From Candidatus Adlerbacteria bacterium (lineage in GTDB: Bacteria; Patescibacteriota; Minisyncoccia; Phycocordibacterales; SBAW01): a DNA stretch of 64,000 bases. The notes under the pieces are model-generated. The model did no database searches, was not told the DNA's origin, and worked only from the letters and a program-made list of their open reading frames with translations. The stretch spans positions 80,726-144,725 of the forward strand of contig JAQBRA010000005.1 of assembly GCA_028286685.1 (NCBI GenBank), written 5' to 3'. The position numbers were made by a program, and so were the translations under genes. Each line of letters opens with the position of its first letter. The stretch's first letter is position 1. Below are positions 1 through 8,696 of this stretch, piece by piece.

Positions 1-559
1 AGAAGCGCTCCGAGGTAACGTAGTAAACCTTGCGGTCCGGGGCCTGCATCCTGAAGTGGTTCCCTATCGCCTGTATTAGGTGGGTTTTGCCCAATCCGGT
101 CGGTCCATATATAAGAAGCGGGTTGTAGGCGATGCCCGGCTTACGCACCACTGCTTGAGCGGCCGCATGGGCTAGCTCATTAAAGGGTCCAACCACGAGG
201 GAAGAGAACATAAACCTGGGGTTAAGACTCGTTTTCTGATGCACCGGCTCCAAAGCCAGCTCGGTGGGCGGCGGCGGGATAGTCCGGGGCTCCTCTTGTG
301 CGCGCTTCTGGCCGCGCGATATGACGTACTCGACATTGCGGACGCTGTCGGAGAGCATGCGCAGAGAGCGCACGATGTCCTTATGAAACTTGGTGGAAAG
401 CCAGTCGCGGGCGAATTGCGAGGGTACGCCGAGAAATACCGAGCCGTCCTCTACCCTTACGATGTGAGTATCCTTAAACCACGTGTTGAAATTGGGCTTT
501 GATATGGAGAGTTCTAGCTCTACCAACGCGTTTTCCCAAAGTTCTTTAGTGGTAGTCAT
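1..559 (-). CDS. dnaA: Chromosomal replication initiator DnaA (N-terminal part; gene continues past window start)
   Basis: Minus-strand frame from ATG at 559-557 reads MTTTKELWENALVELELSISKPNFNTWFKDT... then ...FSSLVVGPFNELAHAAAQAVVRKPGIAYNPLLIYGPTGLGKTHLIQAIGNHF. This matches DnaA domain I and the AAA+ Walker A region. It is absent from the ORF track only because it is truncated by the window edge. Confidence 0.85.
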   Translation of the reverse strand, partial: MTTTKELWENALVELELSISKPNFNTWFKDTHIVRVEDGSVFLGVPSQFARDWLSTKFHKDIVRSLRMLSDSVRNVEYVISRGQKRAQEEPRTIPPPPTELALEPVHQKTSLNPRFMFSSLVVGPFNELAHAAAQAVVRKPGIAYNPLLIYGPTGLGKTHLIQAIGNHFRMQAPDRKVYYVTSERF

Positions 560-734
560 GGAAGAAGTACCAAGTAAGGATACTCGTGTGTGGATAACTC
601 GTCAAAAAAGGCGATTAAGTGCATAAGGTGTGGAAAAACAGGGGATAACTCTTTGTTGACAGGGTTTGGCGGCAAAAAAGCCCCTAGTTGGGACCCAATT
701 GTACTTGGGGCATCTGTTGTGTTATTGTTTCTCC
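560..734. promoter_or_regulatory. dnaA-rpmH divergent spacer with DnaA boxes (candidate oriC or dnaA autoregulatory region)
   Basis: A perfect TGTGGATAA lies at 589-597, a 1-mismatch TGTGGAAAA at 629-637 and a weaker GGGGATAAC at 641-649. It sits in the classic dnaA / rpmH-rnpA-yidC-jag context. Confidence 0.45.
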
Positions 735-869
735 ATGTCGCAAACATACCAGCCAAAAAAGCGCAAAAGGGCCCGTGCACACGGGTTCCTCAAGCGTAAT
801 GCTACTCCGGCAGGCCGCCAGATCCTTAAGCGCCGCGCCCGCCGCGGTCGTGCCCGCTTGTCGGTCTAA
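735..869 (+). CDS. rpmH: 50S ribosomal protein L34
   Basis: Internal ATG of ORF 666-869 gives MSQTYQPKKRKRARAHGFLKRNATPAGRQILKRRARRGRARLSV, the canonical 44-aa L34. Confidence 0.9.
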   Translation: MSQTYQPKKRKRARAHGFLKRNATPAGRQILKRRARRGRARLSV

Positions 870-872
870 TCC

Positions 873-1166
873 ATGCTGCCCAAGCTCTCTCGGCTTACTG
901 CCCTTGAGGTGCGCCAGGTCATAAAAGAGGGGCGCTCAGCCAGGGTTGAGGGCCTTTCTATAAAACATATAGCCGCCCCAGTTCCCAAGGCGGCCGTAGT
1001 GGTAAGCAAGAAGGTTGCTCCGGGGGCTGTCGAGCGCAATCGGCTGCGCCGCCTCATTTACAGCAGCCTCCCCTCCCCCCTCCCGAGCGCCCATATGGTA
1101 TTCTTTGTCCAATCGCCCGCAGTTGAGCCAGAGCAGGTTGCCAAACTATGTTCACAACTTTCCTAG
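873..1166 (+). CDS. rnpA: RNase P protein component
   Basis: 97-aa basic protein immediately after rpmH with the ...VVVSKKVAPGAVERNRLRRLI... motif. Conserved synteny. Confidence 0.8.
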   Translation: MLPKLSRLTALEVRQVIKEGRSARVEGLSIKHIAAPVPKAAVVVSKKVAPGAVERNRLRRLIYSSLPSPLPSAHMVFFVQSPAVEPEQVAKLCSQLS

Positions 1167-1855
1167 TACAGCCTATCTACAACCTGTTCGTCTTCCTCTT
1201 GGGCCTTATGCCTCAGGGCGATGCTGGCTTGGCCATTGTGGCTCTCACTCTCTTTATGCGCGCAGTGCTCTACCCGATCTTTACTGCCTCCATCCGCACC
1301 CAGATGGGCATGCAGGCCATGCAGCCGGAGCTCGATGCGGCTCTCGAGAAATATAAGGACGACAAGGAGGCGCTGACCCGCGAGCGCATGGCGCTCCTCA
1401 AGAAGCACAAGGTTAACCCGTTTGCGGGCTTCGGCGCGCTTATCGTGCAGCTGGTGGTGCTTGTGGCGCTTTACTTTGCGCTCTTCCGCGAGGGATTCCC
1501 GGCAATACACACTGAGCTTCTCTACAGCTTCGTAAGCGTCCCGGCGCAGGTGTCGACGGCCTTCTTTGGGCTTATGGACCTCTTGGCGCCCAAAAACATC
1601 GTGCTGGCGCTTTTGGTGGGTGCGACCCAGTACCTTGCTATACGCCTCACGCTGCGCCGTACCCCTGCCCCGACGCATCCGGACAAGGAAGCGGCTCATC
1701 GGCTGCAGTCGCAGATGATGCTCTACTTCATGCCGGCGCTTATGGCCGGAGTCTCATACTTTTTCCCGGCTGCGGTCGGCATCTACTTTGTTACCGGCAA
1801 CCTCGTATCCCTTTTCCAGGAGTGGATGCTGATGCGCGGCAAAAAGCAGAACTAA
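1148..1855 (+). CDS. yidC: Membrane protein insertase YidC/Oxa1, short form
   Basis: 235 aa with 5 hydrophobic helices. It overlaps the rnpA end and sits in the position of yidC in the rpmH-rnpA-yidC-jag block. Confidence 0.8.
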   Translation: MFTTFLVQPIYNLFVFLLGLMPQGDAGLAIVALTLFMRAVLYPIFTASIRTQMGMQAMQPELDAALEKYKDDKEALTRERMALLKKHKVNPFAGFGALIVQLVVLVALYFALFREGFPAIHTELLYSFVSVPAQVSTAFFGLMDLLAPKNIVLALLVGATQYLAIRLTLRRTPAPTHPDKEAAHRLQSQMMLYFMPALMAGVSYFFPAAVGIYFVTGNLVSLFQEWMLMRGKKQN

Positions 1856-1889
1856 AAAACAGGAGCGTCCACTGTCTCCTGCAGCCGTT

Positions 1890-2372
1890 GTGGTTTATAG
1901 TGGGCTTATGGAGTCCTCCTTGCTTAAAGACTTTGTAGCGGAGCTTTTGGATAAGCTAGGGCTTGAGCCTTCCTCGGTTTCGGTTACCTCCGGCCACCGC
2001 ACCGTTGTCGCGGTCGAGCTAGAAGACCCCGCTCCCCTCTTGGGCCAAGAAGGCGAAGCTTTGCGCGCGCTCAACTCAATCGCCAAGCGCATGATTGAAA
2101 AAAGCCACGGCGAGGAGGGCGCAGCTTTCCTTATAGACGTAAACGGGCACCACGAGTCGCAAATGGACCGCGTGCGCGATGCTGCGCGCGTCCTGGCGCA
2201 ACGCACGCGCCTCTTTAGGCAGGACGTCGAAATGCCTCCCCTCTCCGCCTACGAGCGCCTGGTAGTGCACGAGCTGTTTGCTGAAGATCCGGATATAACA
2301 ACCGAGTCTGCGGGCGAGGGCAAGCTGCGCCACATCGTCCTTAAGCATAAAAGCCCGGGCAAAAAATCCTAA
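1890..2372 (+). CDS. jag: Jag/KhpB-like RNA-binding protein (KH plus R3H)
   Basis: 160 aa with an ...LLGQEGEALRALNSIAKRM... KH-like segment and a C-terminal R3H-like ...YERLVVHELF... segment. Synteny supports it. The listed start is GTG; an ATG at 1908 is an alternative. Confidence 0.65.
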   Translation: MVYSGLMESSLLKDFVAELLDKLGLEPSSVSVTSGHRTVVAVELEDPAPLLGQEGEALRALNSIAKRMIEKSHGEEGAAFLIDVNGHHESQMDRVRDAARVLAQRTRLFRQDVEMPPLSAYERLVVHELFAEDPDITTESAGEGKLRHIVLKHKSPGKKS

Positions 2373-2381
2373 CCCCTGCTC

Positions 2382-3668
2382 CTAGTAGAGCCGCACTCCC
2401 CAAAGGCTCCGCTCTCCCTTTTTTATAAACAGAAGATATTTGTCGTCTTGCGAGATTGTAAGGTTCGTAATATCCGAAGCCTCTCCCCCCTCAGCGCCCC
2501 CTGGGTTTGCAAGTATGGCGGTCAGTCCGGTCGCTAGGTTAAAGACCACAATCGAGTCTATGCTCGAGCCGGTACCTTGGTGCAAGAGATCTATGTAGTT
2601 GGTCGGCAAGTACGAAAGTGATACCGCGCAATACATGACGCTCACCTGGGTCCGGCTCCAGGCGCATTTTTCCGGAATAGGGTCAAAGGATAGCGGCCGG
2701 TCGAGATTTGTTTTGGTGTCGTGCGTATAGGTTGTGCGCGCATTTTCCGTAGCGCTCTGGTATACAACCTGGCTAAAAAAGCTGTCGGCAGTGGTGGTAA
2801 GTCCTGGTGCGTACAGGATTGGCGCGGTGGCACCGGTCGTGGCATTAACGGAAAATGCTATGCCCGCGAGTCCCGTAGCTGCTTTAGAAGTAACCATAAG
2901 GGTGGACTGGGTCGGCCACGACAGCAGTACCTGGGAGAGCGGGAGAGAAAAGAGTCGTGTGGTATTAGTACCGTCTGCTCGTGCAACATAGCCGTCGACA
3001 CCGCCTGGGGCTGCCAGCAAATAAGCCAGGGAGCGTCCGTCTGGAGATGCGACAATATCGATTATGTCGTTAGGCAGGAATTGTATCCGTACCGGAGCGG
3101 GCGTGCTGGATGTGGTGCTTGCCAAGGGGAAGTTCAAGAGCACGGTCTTAATCGTAGATCCTTCGATGTACTGCATGGTGGCGCCGGCTGCGCGGGTGCG
3201 CCCGGCGTCCTGCTGCAGCTCCCACGCTACTCGCGCTACGCCCGGTATGGTCGTGTTGGAGGAGGCGCGCGCGACCGAGCCCGGGCTATCGATGGCCAAG
3301 TCGAGCACATGGCCGTTTTCCTGCTTTACGAAGCGCGCGATAGTTGTCGTGGGTCGCAGCTCCTGCATAAAGGTGGCGCCGGCAATCGGTCCGTCGCTTA
3401 TCTTAAATACTTTCTGCTGCGACACGGGCGAGGGTATCGCCTCGTTGGCGTTAGTTGATCCCACAACACTATTGGCACCCACCGAAGTCTGTGAGTTAAA
3501 CGAGCCCGTCTGCTGCGGAGTCTCCGTTGGGGTGAGTTCCGGCGTGGAGCGGAAAAAGAAGAACCACGCTACGAGCATGACAAAAAGTATTCCTCCGATA
3601 ATTTCTACTACCAGTTTCCAATTAAAATTAGACTTCATTTCCGTTTGCGCATAAGCATTGCCAGTCAT
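2382..3668 (-). CDS. Membrane-anchored PD40/TolB-like beta-propeller repeat protein (last gene of the T4SS-like operon)
   Basis: N-terminal TM helix, a Ser/Thr-rich linker, then repeats such as SPDGRSLAYLLAAPGGVDGYVARADGTNTTRLF typical of PD40 blades. Confidence 0.5.
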   Translation of the reverse strand: MTGNAYAQTEMKSNFNWKLVVEIIGGILFVMLVAWFFFFRSTPELTPTETPQQTGSFNSQTSVGANSVVGSTNANEAIPSPVSQQKVFKISDGPIAGATFMQELRPTTTIARFVKQENGHVLDLAIDSPGSVARASSNTTIPGVARVAWELQQDAGRTRAAGATMQYIEGSTIKTVLLNFPLASTTSSTPAPVRIQFLPNDIIDIVASPDGRSLAYLLAAPGGVDGYVARADGTNTTRLFSLPLSQVLLSWPTQSTLMVTSKAATGLAGIAFSVNATTGATAPILYAPGLTTTADSFFSQVVYQSATENARTTYTHDTKTNLDRPLSFDPIPEKCAWSRTQVSVMYCAVSLSYLPTNYIDLLHQGTGSSIDSIVVFNLATGLTAILANPGGAEGGEASDITNLTISQDDKYLLFIKKGERSLWGVRLY

Positions 3669-4512
3669 TGCTGGTTGGATAATGTACGGTGCAGATTTGG
3701 GTGCCGCTGCTCTGATTCTGGCAATCGTTAACCTTTTTATTGTTTATTGCCTCTGCAGTTTGCTGGGGGGTGATTTGTTGTATCGCGTTCTGCCCGGAAG
3801 TGATCGAGCTTAAGTTGAGCTTGAAGGTAACCAATTCAGGATTGATAGTATTGAGTATAAGGTACGAAGACATAAGGAGAACGATGGCCCACATGGCGCC
3901 GCGGATGCGTCCCAATGCCTTAGTCTTGTTGCCCACCACATCAGAAAACATGTAGGTAAGCGCGCCTAAGACGAGCATAACGACTGCAAGTGTGGCCCCT
4001 GCCCCCAAGAGGAGCTGGAACGAGCTTGTTATCAGGCTTTGGAAGGAACCCTGCCCCTGATTGGGGCCGTAGATATTAGGGAGTCCTGGCAAGGGCTCGA
4101 GCGGGATATAGGTGCATTTTCCGCCCTGACAAAAAGCATTGGGATTTATTGGTTGCGTTTGTGTTTGAGTGGTGGGAGTGGTTGCACTTGGGTTTTTTAT
4201 GTCCGTAAGCGAACCGGTGTAGCCAGTTTCTTTGGCACACTGGGAAAAATGTGTTTGTTCCGAGATAAGCAACCCCCCGGTCTTCATGCACTCAGTAACT
4301 TTTTGAGCTGTCGATGCTGAGTTGCTGGGCGTTGGGACGCATCCCCCTTTTTCCCAAAACCAAAATCCTCCAGTACTCGAGTAGGTCTGTCCATCGGCAC
4401 ACGTATAGTCGGTGGCTGCAGGGGTTGGGCTAATGAATGTTGGATTAAACTGAGCCTGGGCAATATGGCCCGCAGGCAAAAGAAGCAAGGCGAGTATTAA
4501 AAATTTTTTCAT
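3628..4512 (-). CDS. Secreted VirB2/TrbC-like two-helix hairpin protein with Cys-rich ectodomains (candidate pilin-like subunit)
   Basis: Signal peptide MKKFLILALLLLPAGHIAQA. A Cys-containing N-domain is followed by two hydrophobic helices (LLLGAGATLAVVMLVLGALTYMF and AMWAIVLLMSSYLILNTI) separated by a short basic loop, as in VirB2/TrbC. A Cys-rich C-terminal tail follows. Confidence 0.35.
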   Translation of the reverse strand: MKKFLILALLLLPAGHIAQAQFNPTFISPTPAATDYTCADGQTYSSTGGFWFWEKGGCVPTPSNSASTAQKVTECMKTGGLLISEQTHFSQCAKETGYTGSLTDIKNPSATTPTTQTQTQPINPNAFCQGGKCTYIPLEPLPGLPNIYGPNQGQGSFQSLITSSFQLLLGAGATLAVVMLVLGALTYMFSDVVGNKTKALGRIRGAMWAIVLLMSSYLILNTINPELVTFKLNLSSITSGQNAIQQITPQQTAEAINNKKVNDCQNQSSGTQICTVHYPTSNDWQCLCANGNEV

Positions 4513-5531
4513 ATACCGAAGAAGGATGCGGTTGCCGAGCCGGGCTGACCGAAAAGTATGCCCAGTACGGTTTGTGCTGCTTGTACCAGCTGGTTTTGGT
4601 TGTTGTTTTGGAGAGATACTTCAAGTGCGGCTGAGCCCGTGCCCGTGCCCGTCTGGCGCAAGGTAAGTATGCCGTGGCTTGAGTCCGGGCCCGCAATTCC
4701 CTCGCCGCTAAGCGTCCACTCATATTGTACTGCCCCGCCGATAACCGATACGCGGGAAAAGTTGTAGGGCTGCGCCGCTATGGTGATTTCCTTAGTACTC
4801 AGCGACAGGGAGCTCGGCAGCGCCAAGTCGTACAAGACGCCCCGCAAGGAGTCTCGCTCGTACAGCACTACTTGCGGTTGGCTCACGGGTATAACTACTC
4901 CCCCGCGGCCCACCAGACTCGTGCCAAAGTAGACATCAACGGCAATAGTTTCCTGCGCCTGCAGCTGATCCCCGTCAAAAGAAAGGGTGTTGCGGCCGAG
5001 TCCGGACTGTGCGGGCAGCGGCTCGTCGTTGCGGGTCCATTGGTACGAAAGGCTCGAAGCGGCAACCTGTGCGTTGTTTATTATGACCATGGGGAATGCC
5101 GCCACTTTAAGCGGAGAACCTGCCGAGTAGAGGGGTTTCCCTCGGTAGAGAGGCGGTGCCCAAGTATCTGCCTCCCATACCAAATTGACCAATGAAGGAC
5201 GAAAAACAAAATCCTTGCCGTATGTGCCTTCAGTCGGAGACTGTATGTCAACGCGTACCTTGGTTATACTGCCCACTGCGCCCGTTATAAAAGAGTACGT
5301 GCGAAGTCCTGCGCCCGACTGTACTACTTGGCCGTCCTTCTTCCAGATAATGGTAGCGTTGCCTAAAAAAGTGCCCAGGCCTTGGGCCTCTATGGTTACC
5401 TGCTGGTTTGGTCCTGGCACATCTGGGGTAATAACGTATTGCACCGGGTCGGGTGCGACCTGGGCATGGGCCCAAGGAGTCGCGAGTAGGAAGCCAGAGG
5501 CTATGGATAGTTTAAGCAGCTTTTTGTACAT
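4509..5531 (-). CDS. Secreted beta-rich repeat protein, hypothetical (operon member)
   Basis: An internal ATG at 5531 gives MYKKLLKLSIASGFLLATPWAHAQ, a signal peptide. It is 340 aa with repeated Gly/Thr-rich beta-like segments and a hydrophobic C-terminus. It overlaps the downstream gene by 4 nt. Confidence 0.5.
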   Translation of the reverse strand: MYKKLLKLSIASGFLLATPWAHAQVAPDPVQYVITPDVPGPNQQVTIEAQGLGTFLGNATIIWKKDGQVVQSGAGLRTYSFITGAVGSITKVRVDIQSPTEGTYGKDFVFRPSLVNLVWEADTWAPPLYRGKPLYSAGSPLKVAAFPMVIINNAQVAASSLSYQWTRNDEPLPAQSGLGRNTLSFDGDQLQAQETIAVDVYFGTSLVGRGGVVIPVSQPQVVLYERDSLRGVLYDLALPSSLSLSTKEITIAAQPYNFSRVSVIGGAVQYEWTLSGEGIAGPDSSHGILTLRQTGTGTGSAALEVSLQNNNQNQLVQAAQTVLGILFGQPGSATASFFGI

Positions 5532-6195
5532 AAGATGGTCTCTCGGGAGCCCGGTTGTCGTTCGCCGCCGCGCGTATGCCGTCAAAATTTCTAGTCTGGA
5601 GCGGAATGTGGACGGGGTTTGACGGAGTTGCACTTGCAGTGTGAGTCGCCATATACACAATGGGTTTTACTGCGGCAAGGGCTGTTCCGACTCCTGGTAT
5701 TATAGATGCGACATTGAGTGCCGTCATAAGTTTGGAACGTCCTGTTCCGCCGGATGCTTGCGTTTGGTTGTACGTCTTTATACAACGGTGTACTAATATG
5801 CTCCATCCGGGTACAAAGGCGTTAACCCCCGGCAACATCTCACTACTAAAACCCATCACCACAGCCATAAGAGAAAACCGCCCGGACACCCACAGCATAA
5901 GAATAAGCAGGACGCCAAAGGTACAGCTTATGGCAATGTCTATCGCCATGCCTGCAGGAATGGCGATAGCACTGAGTCCTGCGCCAACGATCCCGCCACC
6001 CACTGCGCACTTAAAGCCTTCCAGCAGTCCGGAAATGACGCCGCTTGTGGCGTTGTAGCAGAAATAGGCTCCGGTCGCTGCGCCCGTCAGGCCGCCTCCC
6101 ATTGGCGTCATAAACTGGAACGCCAGTAGGGTTATAAAGAATATGAACTGCAGAAGATCGATAACTCCGGCGAATAGGCGCAACGCGAGATTCAT
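5512..6195 (-). CDS. Polytopic Gly-rich integral membrane protein, hypothetical (operon member)
   Basis: 227 aa with at least 5 hydrophobic helices rich in small residues. It lies 6 nt downstream of the VirB4 ORF. Confidence 0.5.
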   Translation of the reverse strand: MNLALRLFAGVIDLLQFIFFITLLAFQFMTPMGGGLTGAATGAYFCYNATSGVISGLLEGFKCAVGGGIVGAGLSAIAIPAGMAIDIAISCTFGVLLILMLWVSGRFSLMAVVMGFSSEMLPGVNAFVPGWSILVHRCIKTYNQTQASGGTGRSKLMTALNVASIIPGVGTALAAVKPIVYMATHTASATPSNPVHIPLQTRNFDGIRAAANDNRAPERPSYVQKAA

Positions 6196-6201
6196 GTACC
6201 C

Positions 6202-8016
6202 CTATTGTACAGCGGCTTCCGCCTTTTGCTTGCGCAATGCTAACACCTGGGAGGGGTCCGAGGTAATGATCTGGTCCTCGGTATATGAAGCGATAACTTT
6301 TATAGCCACGTGCTTGAGTCCCGCGAAGAAGATCCCCTCTCCCACGTCCGATTCCAACAGGAGGTATTTCTCTTCCTCCGATAGGTTAAAGGTCTTTTGC
6401 AGGCTGTCGATAGTGGTTGGCGACTGCTTGAGCAGTATCTGGATCGAGGAGTTGGAGATCATGGGGAGTCCGTACGGCGACTTCAGGAAGTCATCCACGT
6501 CCTGGGTAATGGTAGCTAAGCCTAGGTAGTACTTGCGGCCGCGCTTGGCCATGCCGTAGAGGAACGATGCTGTGTCTTCCGACTTCATCATCCACCAGGC
6601 CTCGTCGATTACCAAAAGGCGCTTCTTGAGGTTCTTGCGGACCGTGTTCCAGATGTAGTGGGTAATGAGGTACATTGCCACGGGCTTGAGGTCGTCCTCC
6701 ATGTCGCGGACGGAAAAGACCACGAACTTCTTGTTCATGTCGACGTTGGTCGGCTGGTTGATGAAGCCGGACCAGGTCCCCTTGGTGTACTTGGAGAGGC
6801 GCTGCACCAGAGACTCCGAGCCCTGCATGCCCGAGAGTACCAGCTCGAAGTCCGACAGCAGGGGTGGTTCGATCTCGGCAAAGTTGGAATCTATAGTTAT
6901 GTCCTTGAGGGCGTACGTCTCTGAAATGGCCTTGTCGATGATGGCGTCTTCTTCCGGAGAGAGGCCGCCGAGCATGATGCGGAACATACCCACCAGCGCC
7001 ACGATGTTGGAGCGCAGGATGTCGGCTGCCGCTTCGTCCTCGCGGGGCGGGGCCAGGTCAAACGGGTTTATGTGGTGCTCGGAATTGAGCGAGATGTTGA
7101 AGTAGCGCCCCCCTACCGCTTGGGCCAGGAACTCGTACTCGCGCTCGGGGTCGATCACTATTACTTCCGTATCGAACATGAGCGTGCGCAATATCTCAAG
7201 CTTGGTCATGTAGGACTTGCCGGAGCCCGACTTGGCAAAAATTACCGAGTTGTAGTTCTCAAGCGAGAAGCGGTCGAAGAGCACCAGGGAGGCATTGTGT
7301 CGGTTAACCCCGTAGAGGATGCCCTTGTCGGACGTAAGGTCAAAGGATATGAACGGGAATATGGAGGACAGCGGCGAGGAGTTGAGCTTGGAATTAACGT
7401 TGAGCTCATCGTGGCCTAAGGGCAGCACCGATTTGAAGCCCTGTTCCTGCTGGAAGAGAGCCGGCTTTACGTATACCAGGCGGCTCTCGAGCATGGATTT
7501 GATCTCGCTTTCGGCCTTGTCGAGTTCTTCGACTGTTGTGCCGTAGATAGTAATGTAAACGCCGACATCGAACAGTTTTTCCTGAGCCTGCTGCAGCTGG
7601 TCGCGCAGGGACTCGAGGTCTTGGTAGGCGGTGTCGAGTATCGGGTCGCGCACCAGCCCCTTCTCCTCGCGGGCCATGATCTGGCTCTGCACCTCGGCCA
7701 CTTTCTTCTGGAACTTCTTGAGTATGTCGGCGGAGTCTATCGGGTGGATGAATACCGATATGTCGAGCACGCGGTCGAGGTTGATGATGGGCGCAAACCA
7801 CGAGTCGGTAAGGACGCGCGGGTAGGACATTACAAAGAAAGTACGCGCAATCTTGTCGCCGAGGTTTATCTCGCGCGGCGTAATCTTGAGCGCCGAGGGA
7901 GCGATGACGTCCTGGAGCTCGAGCACGCCCTGTTTATAAATCTGCTCGGGCATGATCGGCGCTACTGGGGCGCTTTGCGGAGACTCTTTAGATTTGAATA
8001 GGTCAAGGAATGCCAT
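6202..8016 (-). CDS. virB4: VirB4/TraE/CagE-family conjugal-transfer ATPase (ATPase body)
   Basis: Walker A FAKSGSGKSY, Walker B RLLVIDEAWWMM, and the ...FFVMSYPRVLTDSWFAPIINLD... region typical of VirB4. 604 aa. Confidence 0.85.
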   Translation of the reverse strand: MAFLDLFKSKESPQSAPVAPIMPEQIYKQGVLELQDVIAPSALKITPREINLGDKIARTFFVMSYPRVLTDSWFAPIINLDRVLDISVFIHPIDSADILKKFQKKVAEVQSQIMAREEKGLVRDPILDTAYQDLESLRDQLQQAQEKLFDVGVYITIYGTTVEELDKAESEIKSMLESRLVYVKPALFQQEQGFKSVLPLGHDELNVNSKLNSSPLSSIFPFISFDLTSDKGILYGVNRHNASLVLFDRFSLENYNSVIFAKSGSGKSYMTKLEILRTLMFDTEVIVIDPEREYEFLAQAVGGRYFNISLNSEHHINPFDLAPPREDEAAADILRSNIVALVGMFRIMLGGLSPEEDAIIDKAISETYALKDITIDSNFAEIEPPLLSDFELVLSGMQGSESLVQRLSKYTKGTWSGFINQPTNVDMNKKFVVFSVRDMEDDLKPVAMYLITHYIWNTVRKNLKKRLLVIDEAWWMMKSEDTASFLYGMAKRGRKYYLGLATITQDVDDFLKSPYGLPMISNSSIQILLKQSPTTIDSLQKTFNLSEEEKYLLLESDVGEGIFFAGLKHVAIKVIASYTEDQIITSDPSQVLALRKQKAEAAVQ

Positions 8017-8025
8017 ATAGATAGA

Positions 8026-8676
8026 TTACTGCTGCATTTGGGTTACCTGGAGCGGCTTCTCCAGCTCGCCCGGGTTGAAGAGCTTGTAGAAGAGTTCTAT
8101 GACCTCCTCGGTGCCCAGCTGCACGATGCGGACCCCGGTGCGCACCAAGCCTTGTTCGATGACCGATACCCGCTGCTCGAGCTGGGTACGGTACTGCTGG
8201 AACTGCTCGTCGGTGAGGGTGGCAGATGCCGAGGTGCCGCCCGAGAGCATAGAGCTGAAGCCGCCGCGCGAGGCCAAAGCCGGGTCGTACGGCACAACGA
8301 TAAAGAAGTTCTTGGACATTATGTTAGCCCGTTCAGTAAAGTCCTTAATAAAGGCTATGTACTCGCGTATCTGGATGCGCATCAGGTCATCAAGCTCCTT
8401 CTGGTAGCGGTCTTCCAAAAGAGCAATGTAGGGGCGGATATCAAGGGCGCGGCTCTGGACGAAAAATTGCGCCGTAAACTCCAGCGAGTTGAGGAAGTTC
8501 TGAAACTGTCCGATGACGGCCTGCTGCTCGTCTTGGGACTTGAGCGCCAGGTTGATAGAGGAAGCCATAAGGAGCGCGCGCAGGCTGCCGTCTTTTAGTA
8601 TCACAATGCCGTTGCGCACCTCCTTTATGGGGACGAAGTCCTGCGTGGCTTTGGCTTGGGCGGCGTTAGTTGCCAT
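8026..8676 (-). CDS. VirB4 N-terminal segment, in the same frame as ORF 6202-8016 and separated from it by one TAA plus 9 nt
   Basis: 216 aa with ...VPIKEVRNGIVILKDGSLRALL..., resembling the N-terminal motif of VirB4-type ATPases. 216 + 604 aa adds up to the usual VirB4 length. Frames are identical: the stop sits at 8028-8026 and the next ATG at 8016-8014. Confidence 0.6.
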   Translation of the reverse strand: MATNAAQAKATQDFVPIKEVRNGIVILKDGSLRALLMASSINLALKSQDEQQAVIGQFQNFLNSLEFTAQFFVQSRALDIRPYIALLEDRYQKELDDLMRIQIREYIAFIKDFTERANIMSKNFFIVVPYDPALASRGGFSSMLSGGTSASATLTDEQFQQYRTQLEQRVSVIEQGLVRTGVRIVQLGTEEVIELFYKLFNPGELEKPLQVTQMQQ

Positions 8677-8696
8677 AAGTATGGTGGTTCATAAGG

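Noticed and set aside
239-502. 87-aa plus-strand ORF
   Set aside because: It is antisense to the clearly identifiable dnaA N-terminal domain.
1163-1699. 178-aa ORF antisense to yidC. Also 2721-3458 and 3064-3654 antisense to the PD40 gene, 38825-40000 antisense to rny, and 44789-45991 antisense to nusA.
   Set aside because: They are antisense shadows of well-supported genes. They have Arg/Ala-rich composition typical of GC-rich out-of-frame translation.
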